DNA of 34,842 nucleotides from Tubiluchus corallicola (Eukaryota > Animalia > Priapulida). Under the pieces are notes generated by a model. That model was not told the origin of the DNA. It worked only from the letters and a program-made list of their open reading frames with translations, and ran no database searches. The stretch lies in the NCBI GenBank assembly GCA_030141605.1, contig JAQGDQ010001556.1:1-34842 (forward strand), read 5' to 3'. The translations under genes were made by a program, and so were the position numbers. Positions 32,428 through 34,842 of the stretch are shown here, in pieces (position 1 is the first letter of the stretch; every line of letters starts with the position of its first letter).

Positions 32428-34842
32428 TCACTTAACGACGTCTCGCTTTAACAACGAGGCTTCCACTTCAGCCGTTCTTTAATTATATGTACAGTATGTC
32501 CTCACTTAACAACTCCCCGTTTAACGACGTTTCACTTTAACAACGATGCTTTCACTTCAGCTGTTCTTTAATTATATGTACAGTATGTCCTCACTTAACA
32601 ACTCCCCGTTTAACGACGTCTCGCTTTAACAACGTTGCTTTCATTTCAGCTGTTCTTTAATTATATATACAGTATGTCCTCACTTAACAACTCCCCGTTT
32701 AACGACGTTTCGCTTTAACAACGCCAATCATTTGACACCTGCTTTTCACTTAACAACTCCCTGTTTAACGACGTTTCATTTTAACAACACCCATCATTTC
32801 ACACCTGCTTTTCACTTAACAACTCCCCGTTTAACGACGTCTCGCTTTAACAACGATGCTGTCACTTCAGCTGTTCTTTAATTATATGTACAGTATGTCC
32901 TCGCTTAACAACTCCCCGTTTAACGACATTTTGTTTTAACAACGCCTATCATTTCACACCTGCTTTTCACTTAACAACTCCCCGTTTAACGACGTTTCGC
33001 TTTAACAACACCAATCATTTCACACCTGCTTTTCATTTAACAACTCCCCATTTAACGACGTTTCGCTTTAACAACGCCTATCATTTGACAATAGCTTTTC
33101 ACTTAACAACTCCCCGTTTAACGACGCTTCGTTTTAACAACGCCAATCATTTGACAGCTGCTTTTCACTTAACAACTCCCCGTTTAACGACGTTTCATTT
33201 TAACAATGTTGTTTTCACTTCAGCTGTACTTTAATTATATGTACAGTATGTCCTCACTTAACAAGTCCCCGTTTAACGGCGTCTCGCTTTAACAACGATG
33301 CTTTCACTTTAGCTGTTCTTTAATTATATGTACAGTATGTCCTCACTGAACAACTCCCCGTTTAACGACGTTTCGCTTTAACAACGCCTATCATTTGACA
33401 ATAGCTTTTCACTTAACAACTCCCCGTTTAACGACGCTTCGTTTTAACAACGCCAATCATTTGACAGCTGCTTTTCACTTAACAACTCCCCGTTTAACGA
33501 CGTTTCGTTTTAACAACGCCAATCATTTGACAGCTGCTTTTCACTTAACAACTCCCCGTTTAACGACGTTTTGTTTTAACAACGCCTATAATTTGACACC
33601 TGCTTTTCATTTAACAACTCCCCATTTAACGACGTTTCGTTTTAACAACGCCAATCATTTGACAGCTGCTTTTCACTTAACAACTCCCCGTTTAACGACG
33701 TTTCGCTTTAGCAACGCCTATCATTTGACACCTGCTTTTCATTTAACAACTCCCCGTTTAACGACGTTTTGTTTTAACAACGCCTATAATTTGACACCTG
33801 CTTTTCATTTAACAACTCCCCATTTAACGACGTTTCGTTTTAACAACGCCAATCATTTGACAGCTGCTTTTCATTTAACAACTCCCCGTTTAACGACGTT
33901 TCGCTTTAGCAACGCCTATCATTTGACACCTGCTTTTCATTTAACAACTCCCCGTTTAACGACGTTTCGCTTTAACAACGCCAATCATTTGACACCTGCT
34001 TTTCATTTAACAACTCCCCGTTTAACGACGTTTCGCTTTAACGCCAATCATTTGACACCTGCTTTTCACTTAACAACTCTTCGTTTAACGACATTTTGTT
34101 TTAACAACGCCAATCATTTGACACCTGCTTTTCACTTAACAACTCCCCGTTTAACGACGTTTCGCTTTAACAACGCCAATCATTTGACACCTGCTTTTCA
34201 CTTAACAACTCTTCGTTTAACGACGTTTTGTTTTAACAACGCCAATCATTTGACACCTGCTTTTCACTTAACAACTCCCCGTTTAACGAGGTTTCGTTTT
34301 AACAACGTCAATCATTTGACACCTGCTTTTCACTTAACAACTCCCCGTTTAACGACGTTTCGTTTTAACAACGCCAATCATTTGACACCTGCTTTTCACT
34401 TAACAACTCCCCGTTTAACGAGGTTTCGTTTTAACAACGTCAATCATTTGACACCTGCTTTTCACTTAACAACTCCCCGTTTAACGACGTTTTGTTTTAA
34501 CAACGCCAATCATTTGACACCTGCTTTTCACTTAACAACTCCCCGTTTAACGATGTTTTGTTTTAACAACGCCAATAATTTCACACCTGCTTTTCACTTA
34601 ACAACTCCCCGTTTAACGACGCTTCGTTTTAACAACGCCAATAATTTGACACCTGCTTTTCACTTAACAACTCCCCGTTTAACGACGTTTCGTTTTAACA
34701 ACGCCAATAATTTCACACCTGCTTTTCACTTAACAACTCTTCGTTTAATGAGGTTTCGTTTTAACAACGTCAATCATTTGACACCTGCTTTTCACTTAAC
34801 AACTCCCCGTTTAACGATGTTTCGTTTTAACAACGTCAATCA
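32428..34842. repeat. Composite satellite of 89-bp and 66-bp units, runs off the window end
   Basis: Shared core TCACTTAACAACTCCCCGTTTAACGACGTTTCGCTTTAACAAC with two alternative linkers. Confidence 0.95.

Overview
AT-rich invertebrate (metazoan-type) genomic DNA from inside one large + strand gene. Fifteen symmetric phase 1-1 exons (126-135 nt) each encode one calcium-binding EGF module, in two subtypes; neither end of the gene is in the window. Intron 11 holds a same-strand gene with an intronless ORF for a CNBD2-like protein (two cyclic-nucleotide-binding domains), preceded by a duplicated RFX X-box-like motif. The introns are full of MITEs (one nested insertion whose empty site is also in the window), LINE remnants, a ~1 kb fold-back and tandem arrays, several apparently built from transposon ends. 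The strongest hidden signal is two copies of a ~0.5 kb non-autonomous RTE-derived retroelement whose 5' end is a twister ribozyme and which begins at the predicted U/A self-cleavage site. One copy looks intact, with P1 completed by flanking host DNA; the other has lost the catalytic G. Two Penelope-type minimal hammerhead-like motifs are also present, and all four ribozyme motifs are antisense to the host gene. Coordinates were read by hand and family assignments come from recalled motifs, not database searches.
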